Assembly: GCA_963783535.1 (NCBI GenBank)
Contig: CAWANX010000001.1
Coordinates: 48,283-112,282 of the forward strand
Reading direction: 5' to 3'
Length of the DNA: 64,000 nucleotides
Source of the DNA: an uncultured Alphaproteobacteria bacterium
GTDB taxonomy: Bacteria > Pseudomonadota > Alphaproteobacteria > Sphingomonadales > Sphingomonadaceae
In this document: positions 1 through 10,213 of the stretch, one piece after another
How the letters are laid out: each line of letters starts with the position of its first letter
Position numbering within the stretch: position 1 is the stretch's first letter
The notes under the pieces: generated by a model
Told to the model about the DNA's origin: nothing
The model's database searches: none
Seen by the model: the letters and a program-made list of their open reading frames with translations, nothing else
Made by a program: the position numbers and the translations under genes

Positions 1-2
1 CG

Positions 3-338
3 GCGGTTTCACGGGCGCATTGCCTGGTCGAATTGGCGGCCGACAAGCTTCGGGTCACCGACCTGAATTCCACCAACGGCACCTATATCGACAACAAGCG
101 GATCGAGCGCAGCGAAATCCTGGCGGTCGGCTCGGTCCTTCGGGTGGGCAATGTGTCGTTCGAGCATGAAGTCCGGACGCGCGCGGAAATGGAATTGCTG
201 AGCGACCCGTCAGAATTCGATCAGCGGAGCAGCATCCGCGCCAGGCGCGGCTTGCCAGATCTCCTGACCAGGCTCACCGAAGTCATGCGGCGGCTGGTTC
301 GGCGCCGCTCTATTGCGCCTGCGACGACTGCTTGTTGA
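3..338 (+). CDS. FHA domain protein, 5'-truncated by window edge
   Basis: Frame 3 reads VSRAHCLVE...LRVTDLNSTNGTYID..GSVLRVG, containing the FHA SRxH and DLxSTNGT motifs. The true stop may lie earlier (about 267) if frameshifted. Confidence 0.85.
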   Translation, partial: AVSRAHCLVELAADKLRVTDLNSTNGTYIDNKRIERSEILAVGSVLRVGNVSFEHEVRTRAEMELLSDPSEFDQRSSIRARRGLPDLLTRLTEVMRRLVRRRSIAPATTAC

Positions 339-2583
339 GAAACACGATATAGGCCTTGGTCTGGTTGGCCTTCTTGATCAGCTCGATCGGACTCGCGATC
401 GGTGCTTCGCGCCGCGCACCGAGTCCTCCACGTTGGCGAGATATTTGTCGTAATTCTTGGCCAGCTGCGCGTTCGCCTTGCGCGTTGCGGATCCGCCGCT
501 CGCCCATCCGGATCACATGCTTCGGCCATGCTGCGCCCGCTGCCGACGATCGCATTGAACTGCGCCATCTTCGACGCCGAAGCGGTGGCCGACCCGTTGC
601 CGCTGCTGGCGTGGCGCTGCTGCGGTCGTCGGTGCGCTGGCCGAGCGACGGCGGCCGGCACCGTAGTGGTCGGTCGTCGTCCTGGGCGGCTTGCGGCAGC
701 GGTCGGGCGGCGCGCTTGCTCGCCGCCTGCAGCGCTGTAGGCGGCCGGAAGGGCAGCGAACGCCTGCGACTTTGCGAGGGCGTCGCGGGCGCACGCCAAG
801 CGACTGGACGGATCGGTCGATACTGGCCGAAGCCTGGACCGAGGAACGAAGACCGGCGAGCGCTGTCTCGACAGCGCCTCGCCGTGCTCGACGCATTCGC
901 GGCGAAAGCTCTGCGCCCGGGCCTCCGCATCGCGCAGCAGCGCATTGGCGAATTCCACATTGGCCGACGTCGCAGTGCGCTTCATTCGTCGACGCGCGCC
1001 GTTGCCGCGCCGGCCTGGGCCGGGTCGTTCGGCGAGCGCCTGCAGCTCTGCCAGACTGCTTGTCGAGTTGTTCGCCGGCCGCAACCAGGCCGTTGACCGC
1101 GGTTGCCGGAGCGCCAGCTGTTCTGCGCCTCCTCGGCGAGGGCGCGTTCGGCGGCAGCGAGGCTGACTCAGACCTTCGAGCGGGAATCGAGCCAGGCTCC
1201 ACGGCGCTCAGATCGGGAATTTCAAGCGGCTCACCGGAATCGTTCGAGCCACTGCCGAACATGAAGGAGCCGCGGCGACGGCAGCGATCAGCGCGACAGC
1301 TCCCCTCCGGCGAGCATCGCAGCGCGTTGGTTCTTGTACCAGGGCTTTGCAGCCTTCCTTGGTGCCTGTCTCGCGCCGTTGCGGCTGCAGATTTCTTTGG
1401 AGCAGCTTTTTCGCGGCTTCGCGGCTGGCGGGCGGCTCCTCGGCTTTCTTCGGCTTCCGCGGGCTCGGCGGCATTCTCGGCCGCGGCCTTCTTCTTCCTC
1501 TTGGAAGCGCCGGTTTCCTCTCCGGCCCGCTTGAATTGCACTTCGTCCTGGATCGGTCGGAACCTGACGTTTCAAGCGGCTCTTTCGGATCGAAGCCCGG
1601 CGCCGGCGGTGGCACCGGCATGATCTCTTCGGCCGCAACCTCGTGGGCGAAGAAGCGGGTCGGCTCATCATCGCCGCCGACCGCCGGCTCGACATCCTTC
1701 TTTCCGAACAAGGCGAGCCATTCGCGGATCGATTGCGGACGTTCCGTCGGGCGGATCGTCATGCCGGCATCGATCGCCTGGAGGAAACGCTTGCCGAAAC
1801 CGGGCCAATTGCCCTCGGCGAGCGGCTGTGCCCAGGCCGCCATGCAGCCGCTCAAGCACTTCGGGCGGCTTTTCGCCGGTGACGCATTCGTAGAGCACCA
1901 CGCCAAGCGCGTAGATGTCGGTCCACGGCCCCTGCGGATAGGTCTTCACATATTGCTCGATCGCCGCGTAGGGCGGGGTGTGGAAGGTGACCGTCGTGCT
2001 GGTCGCCTCCGCCGCCTCGAACCGCGCCGAGCCGAAATCGATCAGCACCGGCCGGTTGTCTTCGTTGATGAGGATGTTGGGCGGCTTGATGTCGCGGTGG
2101 AGCACGCCGACGCGGTGCGCGCGATCGAGGCCCTCGGCGATCGGCTCGATGATGTTCCACAGGCTGCGCTCGTTGAAGCGCCTGCCCTCCTTGAGCAGCT
2201 TCGACAGCGACACGCCGTCCTCGAAATCCATGACCATGTAGGCGGTGCCGTGGACCTCGAACAGGCTGCGGACGCTGACGATGTTGGGGTGCCGGGTGGG
2301 CGTCGACAGGTTCCACAGGAGCTTGGCTTCCTCGACGAACTTCTTGAGGCCGAGCGCGTGGACTTCTTCGACGTCCGAACCGATCGGGACGACCGTGTCC
2401 TCGGCGTCGCGCTCGCTGATCGAGCTCGGGAAATATTCCTTGATCGCGACGAGTTCGCCGAAATAGATGCCGCGGCCCTTGTAGACGATTCCGAAGCCGC
2501 CGACGCCGAGGACATCTTCAAGCCGCCATTCGCGAAGGATCGTGCCCGGCCGGCAACGCCTTGTTGCTGTACGCCTTGCTCAA
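310..2583 (-). CDS. Hanks-type Ser/Thr protein kinase with probable TM segment and long Ala/Pro-rich C-terminus (several apparent frameshifts)
   Basis: TTG start 2583. LGVGGFGIVY, VAIKE, HRDIKPPNIL, DFG, TPPYAAIEQ and WTDIYALG motifs are spread over ORFs 1668..2237, 1208..1906 and 310..960. Confidence 0.88.
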
Positions 2584-2688
2584 TGCCGACTTTCCCCCAG
2601 ACGATCTGCAATGAAAGAAAAGTAAATCGCACGAACCCTCAGCAATTGCTAGTCTCCCGCTTCTTGAACGGAAGCGGGGGAGCCGGGC

Positions 2689-3404
2689 GTGGCCTTCGAA
2701 TGCGTCAGCCGAACCCATGTGGGGCTTCGCCGAAAGGTGAACGAGGATTCGCATGCTGGTCCGCACCGAGCGCGGGCTTGTGGGCGGTTGCCGACGGCAT
2801 GGGCGGGCATGAGGCCGGCGACGTGGCGAGCGCCAAGGTCACCGAGGCGCTGCTGCGCCTTCCGATCGTCTACGGCCTCGACGAATTGGTCGAGAGCGCG
2901 ATCGCCGCGCTCAACAGGGTCAATCACGAGCTGATCGCCCTGGCCGCGTCGGACGACAGCCCGCGGACGATCGGCAGCACCGTCGTCGGGCTCGCCATCG
3001 CCGACGGGCAATATCGCTGCTTCTGGGCGGGAGACAGCCGCGCCTACCGCGTCCGCGACGGGCAGATCGTCCAGCTGACCCGCGACCACAGCCTGGTCCA
3101 GGACCTGGTCGACGCCGGCATGCTGAACCCGACGAGGCGGAAAATCATCCCAACGCCAACGTCATCACCCGCGCCGTCGGCGTGGCCGAAGAGCTGAAGA
3201 TCGATATCGTGAGCGGGGACGCGCAGGCCGGGCGACCAGTTCCTTCTCGCCAGCGACGGCTTGACGAGGCTGGTCGATGACAACGAATTGGTCGCGGAAC
3301 TTACGTCCAACCGCCCCGCGGAAGCGGCCGAGACGTTGATCGAAACCGTCCTGTCCCGCGGAGCGCCGGACAATGTCTCGATGATCATAGCCAAAGCGAT
3401 CTAG
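2689..3404 (+). CDS. PP2C/PPM-family Ser/Thr phosphatase (frameshifted near 2750 and 3135)
   Basis: THVGLRRKVNEDS, VADGMGGH, GDSRAY, TRDHS, LASDGL, DNVS motifs; TAG at 3402-3404. Confidence 0.9.
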
Positions 3405-3532
3405 AACCGGTCCCACCTTGGCCCTTTGCCTTTCCCGCCGCTCGCGCTAGACGGTGCGCCGCCAGCTTCTGTTCATCCGGGGTGGGGAAGGAAGCACGAC
3501 GGCGCTCCCCACCAGTAATCACGAGGATCCCC

Positions 3533-4246
3533 TTGGCGCTTCCATCCGATCCGGCCGAAACCTTCGTCCGCGAAGTCGATGAAAACCTGCGTCGCGACCA
3601 GATGCGCGACATTGCGCAAGCCTATGGCAAATGGATCGCTGCGGCCGTCATCCTGTTTCTCGCCGCGGTGGGCGGCTATCTATATTGGCAAAACCGTCTC
3701 GACCAGCGGGCGGTCGCGGACAGCGAGGCGATGTCGGCAGCGCTCGACAAGGTCGCCGCGGGCGATGTGAAGGGTGCGCAAGCCGACCTGACACCGATCA
3801 GCGATTCATCGAGCGACGTCATGCGGGGCAGCGCGACCTTCGGCCGGGCGGCGCTGGCGCTGCGTCAGAACGACCGCAAGACGGCGATCGAACTCTACAA
3901 ACAGCTCGCAGCGGACGACGGACTGCCGCAAGCCTACCGAGATCTCGCGACTGTACGCGGCACCATGACCGAATATGACAGCCTGAAGCCCGACGAAATC
4001 ATCGCCCGGTTGGCGACCCTGTCCCAGCCCGGCAACCCCTTCTTCGGCAGTGCGGGCGAGATGACCGGCATGGCGCTGCTCGCCAAGGGCGACCGCAATG
4101 GCGCCGGCCAGATCTTCGCCAAGATCGCAGCCGACAAGCAAGTTCCCCAATCCATCCGCAGCCGCGCGGTCCAGATCGCGGGTTCATTGGGTGTCGACGC
4201 CACCGCGTCGATGCCCGTCGATCCCGCCGCCATCCCTGCCCAATAG
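3533..4246 (+). CDS. YfgM-like TPR membrane protein
   Basis: FVREVDENLRRD motif, single TM segment, helical repeats; conserved position upstream of bamB-der; TTG start with GAGGA RBS. Confidence 0.8.
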   Translation: MALPSDPAETFVREVDENLRRDQMRDIAQAYGKWIAAAVILFLAAVGGYLYWQNRLDQRAVADSEAMSAALDKVAAGDVKGAQADLTPISDSSSDVMRGSATFGRAALALRQNDRKTAIELYKQLAADDGLPQAYRDLATVRGTMTEYDSLKPDEIIARLATLSQPGNPFFGSAGEMTGMALLAKGDRNGAGQIFAKIAADKQVPQSIRSRAVQIAGSLGVDATASMPVDPAAIPAQ

Positions 4247-4257
4247 GACGAACCTTC

Positions 4258-5598
4258 ATGCGTCACCTTTCCCGCGTTACTTTCCTTCTGCTGACCGCCT
4301 CGCTGCTCGCGGGCTGCGCCGGCGGTGGACCGTTCGGCATTTTCGACAAGAAGGAAAAGGTGACCGTGCCCGGCGAACGCGTGGCGGTGCTGGTCAATGA
4401 GGTGGACATCGACATCGATCCCGAAACCGCGGCGCTGCCGATGAGCCTGCCCGCGGCAGCGGTCAACGACAGCTGGGCGCAGTCCGGCGGCAATGCGCGC
4501 AAGTCGGTCGGCCATGTCGCGCTGGGCCAGTCGCTGGGTGTCGCCTGGACGGTCTCGATCGGCAAGGGCAGCGACACGGACGGTCGGCTCGGCGGAGGAC
4601 CGGTGGTCGCCGACGGCAAAATCTACACCATGGACACGCAAGGAACAGTCCGCGCGTTCGACGCCCGCAACGGCGGCCAGATCTGGTCGACCCGGTTCGG
4701 CGAAGTGGGCGACAACAGCGCATCGATCTACGGCGGCGGCGTCGCCTATGAGGGCGGGCGGGTCTATGCCACCAATGGCCTCGGCTATGTCGCCGCACTC
4801 GACGCGACCAATGGCGGCGCGGTGTGGACCGTGAAGCCGGGCGGGCCGTTGCGCGGCGAGCCATCGGTCGACGGCCAGGCCGTCTATGTGATGAGCCAGG
4901 ACAATCAGCTCTATTCGCTCAAGACCGCCGACGGCACGACCAACTGGTCGAACGCCGCTGCGCTGGAGATCGCGGGCGTGTTCGGCGCGGCTGCACCGGC
5001 CCTGGGCCAAGGCACCGTCGTGGCGGGTTTCTCCTCGGGCGAGCTCAATGCTTATCGTTATGAGAATGGACGCCAGGTGTGGCAGGACGCGCTTGCCCGC
5101 ACATCGATGACCACCAGCGTTGCATCCCTCAGCGACATCGACGCCGATCCGGTGATCGACAATGGAGTGGTCTACGCCGTCGGCCAGGGCGGCCGAATGG
5201 TGGCCCTCGATCTCTTCTCCGGCCAGCGCATCTGGGAATTGAACTTCGGCGGCATTGCCACGCCCTGGGTTGCCGGCGACTGGCTGTTCGCGGTCAACGA
5301 CCGGGCGCAGCTGATCGCGGTGTCGCGTGCGAATGGCAAGATTCGCTGGATCAACCAGTTGCCGCGCTATGAGAAGATGAAGAGCAAATCGGGCCTTATC
5401 ACCTATGTCGGTCCGGTCCTGGCGGGCGAGCGGCTGATCCTCGCCGGCTCGAACGGCGCGCTGATCAACGTCGACCCGGCTTCCGGCTCCTTCCAGAGCC
5501 AGGTTGACGTGAAGGACGGCGTCAGCTTCCAGCCGGTGGTGGCCGACAATACGCTCTATATCCTGACGGATAGCGGCCGGCTGATCGCTTACCGCTAA
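4258..5598 (+). CDS. bamB: BamB-like PQQ beta-propeller lipoprotein
   Basis: Lipobox LLAGC, repeated AxDxxxGxxxW propeller motifs, yfgM-bamB-der synteny. Confidence 0.8.
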   Translation: MRHLSRVTFLLLTASLLAGCAGGGPFGIFDKKEKVTVPGERVAVLVNEVDIDIDPETAALPMSLPAAAVNDSWAQSGGNARKSVGHVALGQSLGVAWTVSIGKGSDTDGRLGGGPVVADGKIYTMDTQGTVRAFDARNGGQIWSTRFGEVGDNSASIYGGGVAYEGGRVYATNGLGYVAALDATNGGAVWTVKPGGPLRGEPSVDGQAVYVMSQDNQLYSLKTADGTTNWSNAAALEIAGVFGAAAPALGQGTVVAGFSSGELNAYRYENGRQVWQDALARTSMTTSVASLSDIDADPVIDNGVVYAVGQGGRMVALDLFSGQRIWELNFGGIATPWVAGDWLFAVNDRAQLIAVSRANGKIRWINQLPRYEKMKSKSGLITYVGPVLAGERLILAGSNGALINVDPASGSFQSQVDVKDGVSFQPVVADNTLYILTDSGRLIAYR

Positions 5599-5635
5599 GG
5601 TTGACGCGCCGGCGGAGGCGGGCAGGGGCAGCCCC

Positions 5636-6988
5636 ATGCCCCTTCCCACCGTCGCCATCGTCGGCCGCCCCAACGTCGGCAAATCGACGCTGTTCAATCG
5701 CCTCGTCGGCAAGCGCCTGGCGCTGGTCGACGATCGGCCCGGCGTGACTCGAGATCGGCGCGAGGGCGAGGGGCAACTGCTCGGGCTGGAGTTCCGGGTA
5801 ATGGACACCGCGGGGTTCGAGGATGAGGACCCCCAAAGCTTGCCCGGCCGAATGCGCGCCCAGACCGAGGCTGCGGTCCGCGAGGCCGATGTCGCGCTGT
5901 TCCTGATCGACGCGCGCGAGGGACTGACGCCGCTCGACGAAGAGATCGCGCGCTGGTTGCGGAGCCACGACACGCCGGTGGTCCTTGCCGCCAACAAGGC
6001 CGAAGGCCGGGCCGGAGAGTCCGGGCGGCTGGAGGCCTTCGCGCTGGGACTGGGCGAACCGTTCGCATTGTCGGCCGAACACGGCGAGGGGCTGGTCGAC
6101 CTGTTCGAGGCAATCCGCCCCCATGTCGAGCGCGAGGAAGGCGAGGAAGAGGACGCGGAGGAAGACGAGGACGGGCCGCTGAAGCTCGCCATCGTCGGGC
6201 GGCCCAACGCCGGCAAGTCGACCCTGGTCAACAAAATGCTGGGCGAGGAGCGGATGATCACCGGGCCCGAAGCCGGAATTACGCGCGACAGCATCAGTCT
6301 CGACTGGACCTGGAATGACAGGCCCGTCCGCCTGGTCGACACGGCGGGCCTTCGCAAGCGCGCCAAGGTCGAGGACAAGCTCGAGAAATTGTCGGTTTGG
6401 GACACGAAGCGCGCGATCGACCATGCCGAGGTGGTCGTGCTGCTACTCGATGCGACCCGCGGACTCGAGGTGCAGGACCTCAAGATTGCCGACCAGGTGA
6501 TCGAAGAAGGCCGGGCGCTGGTCATCGCGCTCAATAAATGGGACGTCGCAGAACATGCGTCGTCGCTGTTCAATGGGGTCAAGGCCGCGCTGGAAGAAGG
6601 GCTTAGCCAACTGAAGGGCGTGCCCCTGCTGACGGTGTCGGGGAAGACCGGCAAGGGCATCGACCAGCTGCTCGCCGCGGCGTTCGAAGTGCGCGAAAAT
6701 TGGTCGAGACGGGTGACGACCGGCGAATTGAACCGCTGGTTCGAGCGGGCAATCGAGACCAATCCGCCGCCGGCGCCGGGGGGCAAGAGGATCAAGCTGC
6801 GCTACATCACGCAGGTCAAATCGCGACCGCCGAGCTTCGTTGTGTTCGGAACTCGGGTCGATCAGCTGCCGACCAGCTATCAACGCTATCTGATGAATTC
6901 GATGCGCCGGGACCTGCAGCTGGGGCCGGTGCCGCTGCGCATGGCGATGCGGGCTTCAAAGAACCCGTTCGATCAAAAGACAAAATAA
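5636..6988 (+). CDS. der: Ribosome biogenesis GTPase Der (EngA)
   Basis: Two G domains (GRPNVGKS, GRPNAGKS; DTAG; NKAE/NKWD) plus KH-like tail. Confidence 0.97.
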   Translation: MPLPTVAIVGRPNVGKSTLFNRLVGKRLALVDDRPGVTRDRREGEGQLLGLEFRVMDTAGFEDEDPQSLPGRMRAQTEAAVREADVALFLIDAREGLTPLDEEIARWLRSHDTPVVLAANKAEGRAGESGRLEAFALGLGEPFALSAEHGEGLVDLFEAIRPHVEREEGEEEDAEEDEDGPLKLAIVGRPNAGKSTLVNKMLGEERMITGPEAGITRDSISLDWTWNDRPVRLVDTAGLRKRAKVEDKLEKLSVWDTKRAIDHAEVVVLLLDATRGLEVQDLKIADQVIEEGRALVIALNKWDVAEHASSLFNGVKAALEEGLSQLKGVPLLTVSGKTGKGIDQLLAAAFEVRENWSRRVTTGELNRWFERAIETNPPPAPGGKRIKLRYITQVKSRPPSFVVFGTRVDQLPTSYQRYLMNSMRRDLQLGPVPLRMAMRASKNPFDQKTK

Positions 6989-7067
6989 CCGGTCCTTTAC
7001 CCTTTCGGGGTTAGGCCATGCCGGTGGGACCGCGCCCGGACCAGGGGCCATGGGAGCATGAAAGCAA

Positions 7068-7502
7068 GTGGACGACGGTTCGGACATCATTGACTGGGTG
7101 CATTTCGAGAAGAGCCGGGCAGAGCTTGGACCGGGTTTCATTCGCATCCTTAGCTACTTTCGCGAAGACGGGGCGAAGAGCGTCGCCGCGATCGAACAGG
7201 CCATGCACGAGCAGAATACGGTCGCGCTGGTCATCCCCGCCCACACGCTGAAAGGCGAATCGCGCCAGTTCGGCGCCGAGCGGCTGGCCGTGGTGGCGGA
7301 GAAGATCGAGCAGGTCGCGCGCATCTGCGTCGAAACCCACCGTTTCCCCGACGAGCTTGTCCCTGACGTGGTCGAGCTTCGCCGGCTGTGGAACCGGACG
7401 GCCGAGCTGTTCGACAAGGCGACCAACCCGCTGCAGAGCCGCGCTCCGGTCGCCGGCGGCTTCGGCCGCAAGTCGGCGAACCAGGGGTTCGGCCGAATCT
7501 AA
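7068..7502 (+). CDS. Stand-alone Hpt (histidine phosphotransfer) domain protein
   Basis: AHTLKGESRQFGA H-box in an all-helical 144 aa protein. Confidence 0.85.
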   Translation: MDDGSDIIDWVHFEKSRAELGPGFIRILSYFREDGAKSVAAIEQAMHEQNTVALVIPAHTLKGESRQFGAERLAVVAEKIEQVARICVETHRFPDELVPDVVELRRLWNRTAELFDKATNPLQSRAPVAGGFGRKSANQGFGRI

Positions 7503-8764
7503 GCCGGGAGCGGTTCGCTCCGCCTTATCCGCATCGGCTGAATGTCTCCGCGCGACATGCTGCGCCACAGCCATTCGAATGGGCCATATTGGAAGCGGTC
7601 GAGCCATGGTTTCGACCAGGCGAGCATCAGCACCCACATGCCGATCACGACCAGCCAAAGGGACGCCCGGCTGAGTTCGCCGAACAGGCCAAAACCCCAA
7701 CCGTAGAACAGGCCGGTCATCAGGATCGACGTGCCAAGATAGTTGGTGAAAGCGGCACGGCCGGCGGCGGCGATGCGCTTCGTCAGCCAGCCATTCTGCC
7801 GGGTGAACAGGATGACCATTGCCGCGATCGCTGCCACCATGACCGGGCGGATCAGGACCGTGGCGGCCATCGAAAAGGCGAACAGCGCCGGAACGCTGAA
7901 GCCGTTGCTGAAGATCAGCCAGACGAGCAGCAGGTAGCAGGGAATGGCGATTGCGAAGCCGACCGTGGCGGCGCGCCCATACTGTGCGTCGGTCCACTGG
8001 CCGGTCAAATAGCCGGACTTGAGCGCGGCCATGCCGAACAGCATATATCCAAGGGTCTCGGGGCCGAACATCAGGCTGAAGATCAGGGGGTCGTAGCGGT
8101 GATCGGTGAGCTGATAATGCGCGACCCCGGACCAGGGGCCAAGGATGAGGCCCAGCTGATGGTTGAGCTCGGCCGCGGTCGGTACCCGGATATAGGCGGT
8201 CATTTCGTTCCAGCTGCGCAGCGTGTCGGCGCTCACGCCCGGCTCGGTCACGGCGCGAGCGAGGTTCGCGGCGCTGGCCGCCATCCCGGCCATCATGGCG
8301 AACTCGACGATGACGAAGATGATGCCCCAGACGATCAGTATCTTGGTCGGCTTCCGGCGGAAGAACCAGGCGACCATCCCGATCAGCGCGTAGCCGAACA
8401 AGATATCCCCGTACCAGATGAGGTAGAAATGGAGGGCGCCGAACAGCAGCAGCACCAGTTGCCGCCGGAAATGCACCGAGGCTGGGCTTTCGCCTTTCGC
8501 CTCCGCCTTCTCGATGATCAGAAGCATCGAAGCGCCGAACAGGAAGGAGAAGAGGCCGCGCATCTTCCCGTCGATCAGGACGAAGTTAAAGGCGTAGGCG
8601 GCGAAATCGATCGGTGCCTCGCTGCCGTAGGCGACAGGATTGATGTACGCCGACGGGGGCATGGCGAAAGCGACGATGTTCATCGCCAATATGCCCATCA
8701 CGGCGACGCCGCGGACGATGTCCAGCGTCGCGATGCGCGGTCCGGGTTCGGTGACTGCGGTCAT
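7499..8764 (-). CDS. DUF418 (YeiB-like) membrane protein
   Basis: RIATLDIVRGVA, FSFLFGA, GDIL, GRAAFTNY, GPFEWLWR motifs. Confidence 0.9.
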   Translation of the reverse strand: MTAVTEPGPRIATLDIVRGVAVMGILAMNIVAFAMPPSAYINPVAYGSEAPIDFAAYAFNFVLIDGKMRGLFSFLFGASMLLIIEKAEAKGESPASVHFRRQLVLLLFGALHFYLIWYGDILFGYALIGMVAWFFRRKPTKILIVWGIIFVIVEFAMMAGMAASAANLARAVTEPGVSADTLRSWNEMTAYIRVPTAAELNHQLGLILGPWSGVAHYQLTDHRYDPLIFSLMFGPETLGYMLFGMAALKSGYLTGQWTDAQYGRAATVGFAIAIPCYLLLVWLIFSNGFSVPALFAFSMAATVLIRPVMVAAIAAMVILFTRQNGWLTKRIAAAGRAAFTNYLGTSILMTGLFYGWGFGLFGELSRASLWLVVIGMWVLMLAWSKPWLDRFQYGPFEWLWRSMSRGDIQPMRIRRSEPLPA

Positions 8765-8792
8765 GTGGTGCCCCCTTCGTCACAACCCATAT

Positions 8793-8868
8793 CGTCATTC
8801 CCGCGAAAGCGGGAATCCCGATAATATAGCTGAAGAGAAGCGGGATCCCCGCTTTCGCGGGGATGACG
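8793..8868. repeat. Palindromic repeat, family A (TTCCCGCGAAAGCGGGAA...CCCCGCTTTCGCGGGGA)
   Basis: Two inverted self-complementary arms around an AT-rich spacer; related copies at 22729-22809 and 31859-31940. Confidence 0.85.
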
Positions 8869-8876
8869 AGCCAGGA

Positions 8877-9356
8877 CTATTCCTCGGCCGGCTTGCTCTG
8901 CAGCTGGATATAGTTCTGAAGGCCCATCCGCTCGATCATCTCGAACTGGGTTTCGAGCGTGTCGACATGCTCTTCCTCATTGGTGAGGATCTTCGCGAAC
9001 AGGTCCCGGCTGGGATAGTCGTGGACCTTCTCGCAATGGGCGATGGCGCCCTTCAACTGGGTGACCGCTTCCAGCTCGAGAGCGAGATCGGACCTCAGCG
9101 CCTCCTCGACGCTCTCGCCGATGCGGAGGCGGCCGAGCATCTGGAAATTGGGCAGGCCTTCGAGGAACAGGATCCGCTCCGACAACTCGTCGGCATGCTT
9201 CATCTCGTCGATCGATTCATGCCGCTCGAACTCGGCGAGGCGGTCGACACCCCAATTGTCGAGCAGCCGATAGTGGAGCCAATATTGGTTGACGGCGGTC
9301 AGCTCATTCTTGAGCGCTTCGTTGAGCAGCTCGATGACCTTGGGATCGCCCTTCAT
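8877..9356 (-). CDS. bfr: Bacterioferritin
   Basis: [37 protein letters not shown] ferroxidase motifs. Confidence 0.97.
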   Translation of the reverse strand: MKGDPKVIELLNEALKNELTAVNQYWLHYRLLDNWGVDRLAEFERHESIDEMKHADELSERILFLEGLPNFQMLGRLRIGESVEEALRSDLALELEAVTQLKGAIAHCEKVHDYPSRDLFAKILTNEEEHVDTLETQFEMIERMGLQNYIQLQSKPAEE

Positions 9357-9451
9357 TGCCGTCCTCCGTCGGATGATGGCTGCGGTTTACGCTCCATCCG
9401 GCCCAATGAAAAGGGAAAATTGGCGGAAATCAGGGAAAAATGATGCGATTG

Positions 9452-9622
9452 CTAGGCAGTCGCACGTTCGGCGGCGATTATCTCTTTTGCAAATGGCAGG
9501 CATTGACCGCAGCGCGGCTTGCGACCGATCGCGCGATAGACCGAACGCGTGCAGGAGGCGCCTTCGCGCGCTGCTTTGCGCACCTCATCCTCGCGAATCG
9601 CATTGCAGATACAGACGATCAT
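9452..9622 (-). CDS. bfd: Bacterioferritin-associated [2Fe-2S] ferredoxin (56 aa, missing from ORF track)
   Basis: Translates MIVCICNAIREDEVRKAAREG...KPRCGQCLPFAKEIIAAERATA (CxC...CxxC), directly upstream of bfr. Confidence 0.92.
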   Translation of the reverse strand: MIVCICNAIREDEVRKAAREGASCTRSVYRAIGRKPRCGQCLPFAKEIIAAERATA

Positions 9623-9641
9623 GGCGACCGGCTTACTCGAT

Positions 9642-9660
9642 AATGCGAAACATTCGCAAG
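9642..9660. promoter_or_regulatory. Probable Fur-type iron box
   Basis: Palindrome TGCGAA-ACA-TTCGCA about 20 bp upstream of the bfd start. Confidence 0.7.
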
Positions 9661-9666
9661 ACGTAA

Positions 9667-10119
9667 TCAGGCAACAGGCCGGCCGCGAAGGGTGCGGGCG
9701 GCGATGAGCGCCACGGGCAAGCCGACCAGGACGATGTGTGCGAACAGCTGGGTGGCGATCGAAATGGGCTTTGGCGGCAGCGGCGTGCCGAAGCGCAGAG
9801 GCACGACGATCAGGTTCATGACGACATAGGTCGCGAGACCATAGAAGACGCCCCAGCGGAGTGGCTGCTCGACGAGCTGCGGATATTGCCGTGCGGCAAG
9901 GACGAACGCGGCCGTCATGACCGCCATCAGGCCGAAATGGACGGCGAGGCCGAGGAGTGAGCCGCCCGTCCCCATTTCAGTCGCCGCGGGAAAGGGGCCT
10001 GAGCCGACGAAGCGCAGCATCGCCGCCGGGTCGTTGCCCCGGACCAGCGTCAGGATGATCGCGAAGAGGATGTCGAGCGTCCCGGCGACCAACGTCGCCA
10101 GCGCGATGGTGCGTCCCAT
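9667..10119 (-). CDS. Hypothetical 4-TM membrane protein
   Basis: Hydrophobic segments, GLAVHF and VMNLIVVPL motifs, GGGGAGA RBS. Confidence 0.75.
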   Translation of the reverse strand: MGRTIALATLVAGTLDILFAIILTLVRGNDPAAMLRFVGSGPFPAATEMGTGGSLLGLAVHFGLMAVMTAAFVLAARQYPQLVEQPLRWGVFYGLATYVVMNLIVVPLRFGTPLPPKPISIATQLFAHIVLVGLPVALIAARTLRGRPVA

Positions 10120-10213
10120 GGATTTGTCTCCCCCGATTGGCTGGAGCGAGGCTAGCGAAGCTCCTTGCGAATGACCAGCGTGAGGGCCGACCAGGTCTCG
10201 GGGAGGACTTGGC

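Noticed and set aside
1347-3197. 616-aa ORF apparently fusing an unknown domain to PP2C
   Set aside because: The N-terminal part is antisense to the kinase; PP2C starts at 2689 with a frameshift.
3934-6795. 953-aa minus-strand ORF and many other long overlapping ORFs
   Set aside because: Antisense shadows of real genes (bamB, der) in high-GC DNA; no recognisable motifs.
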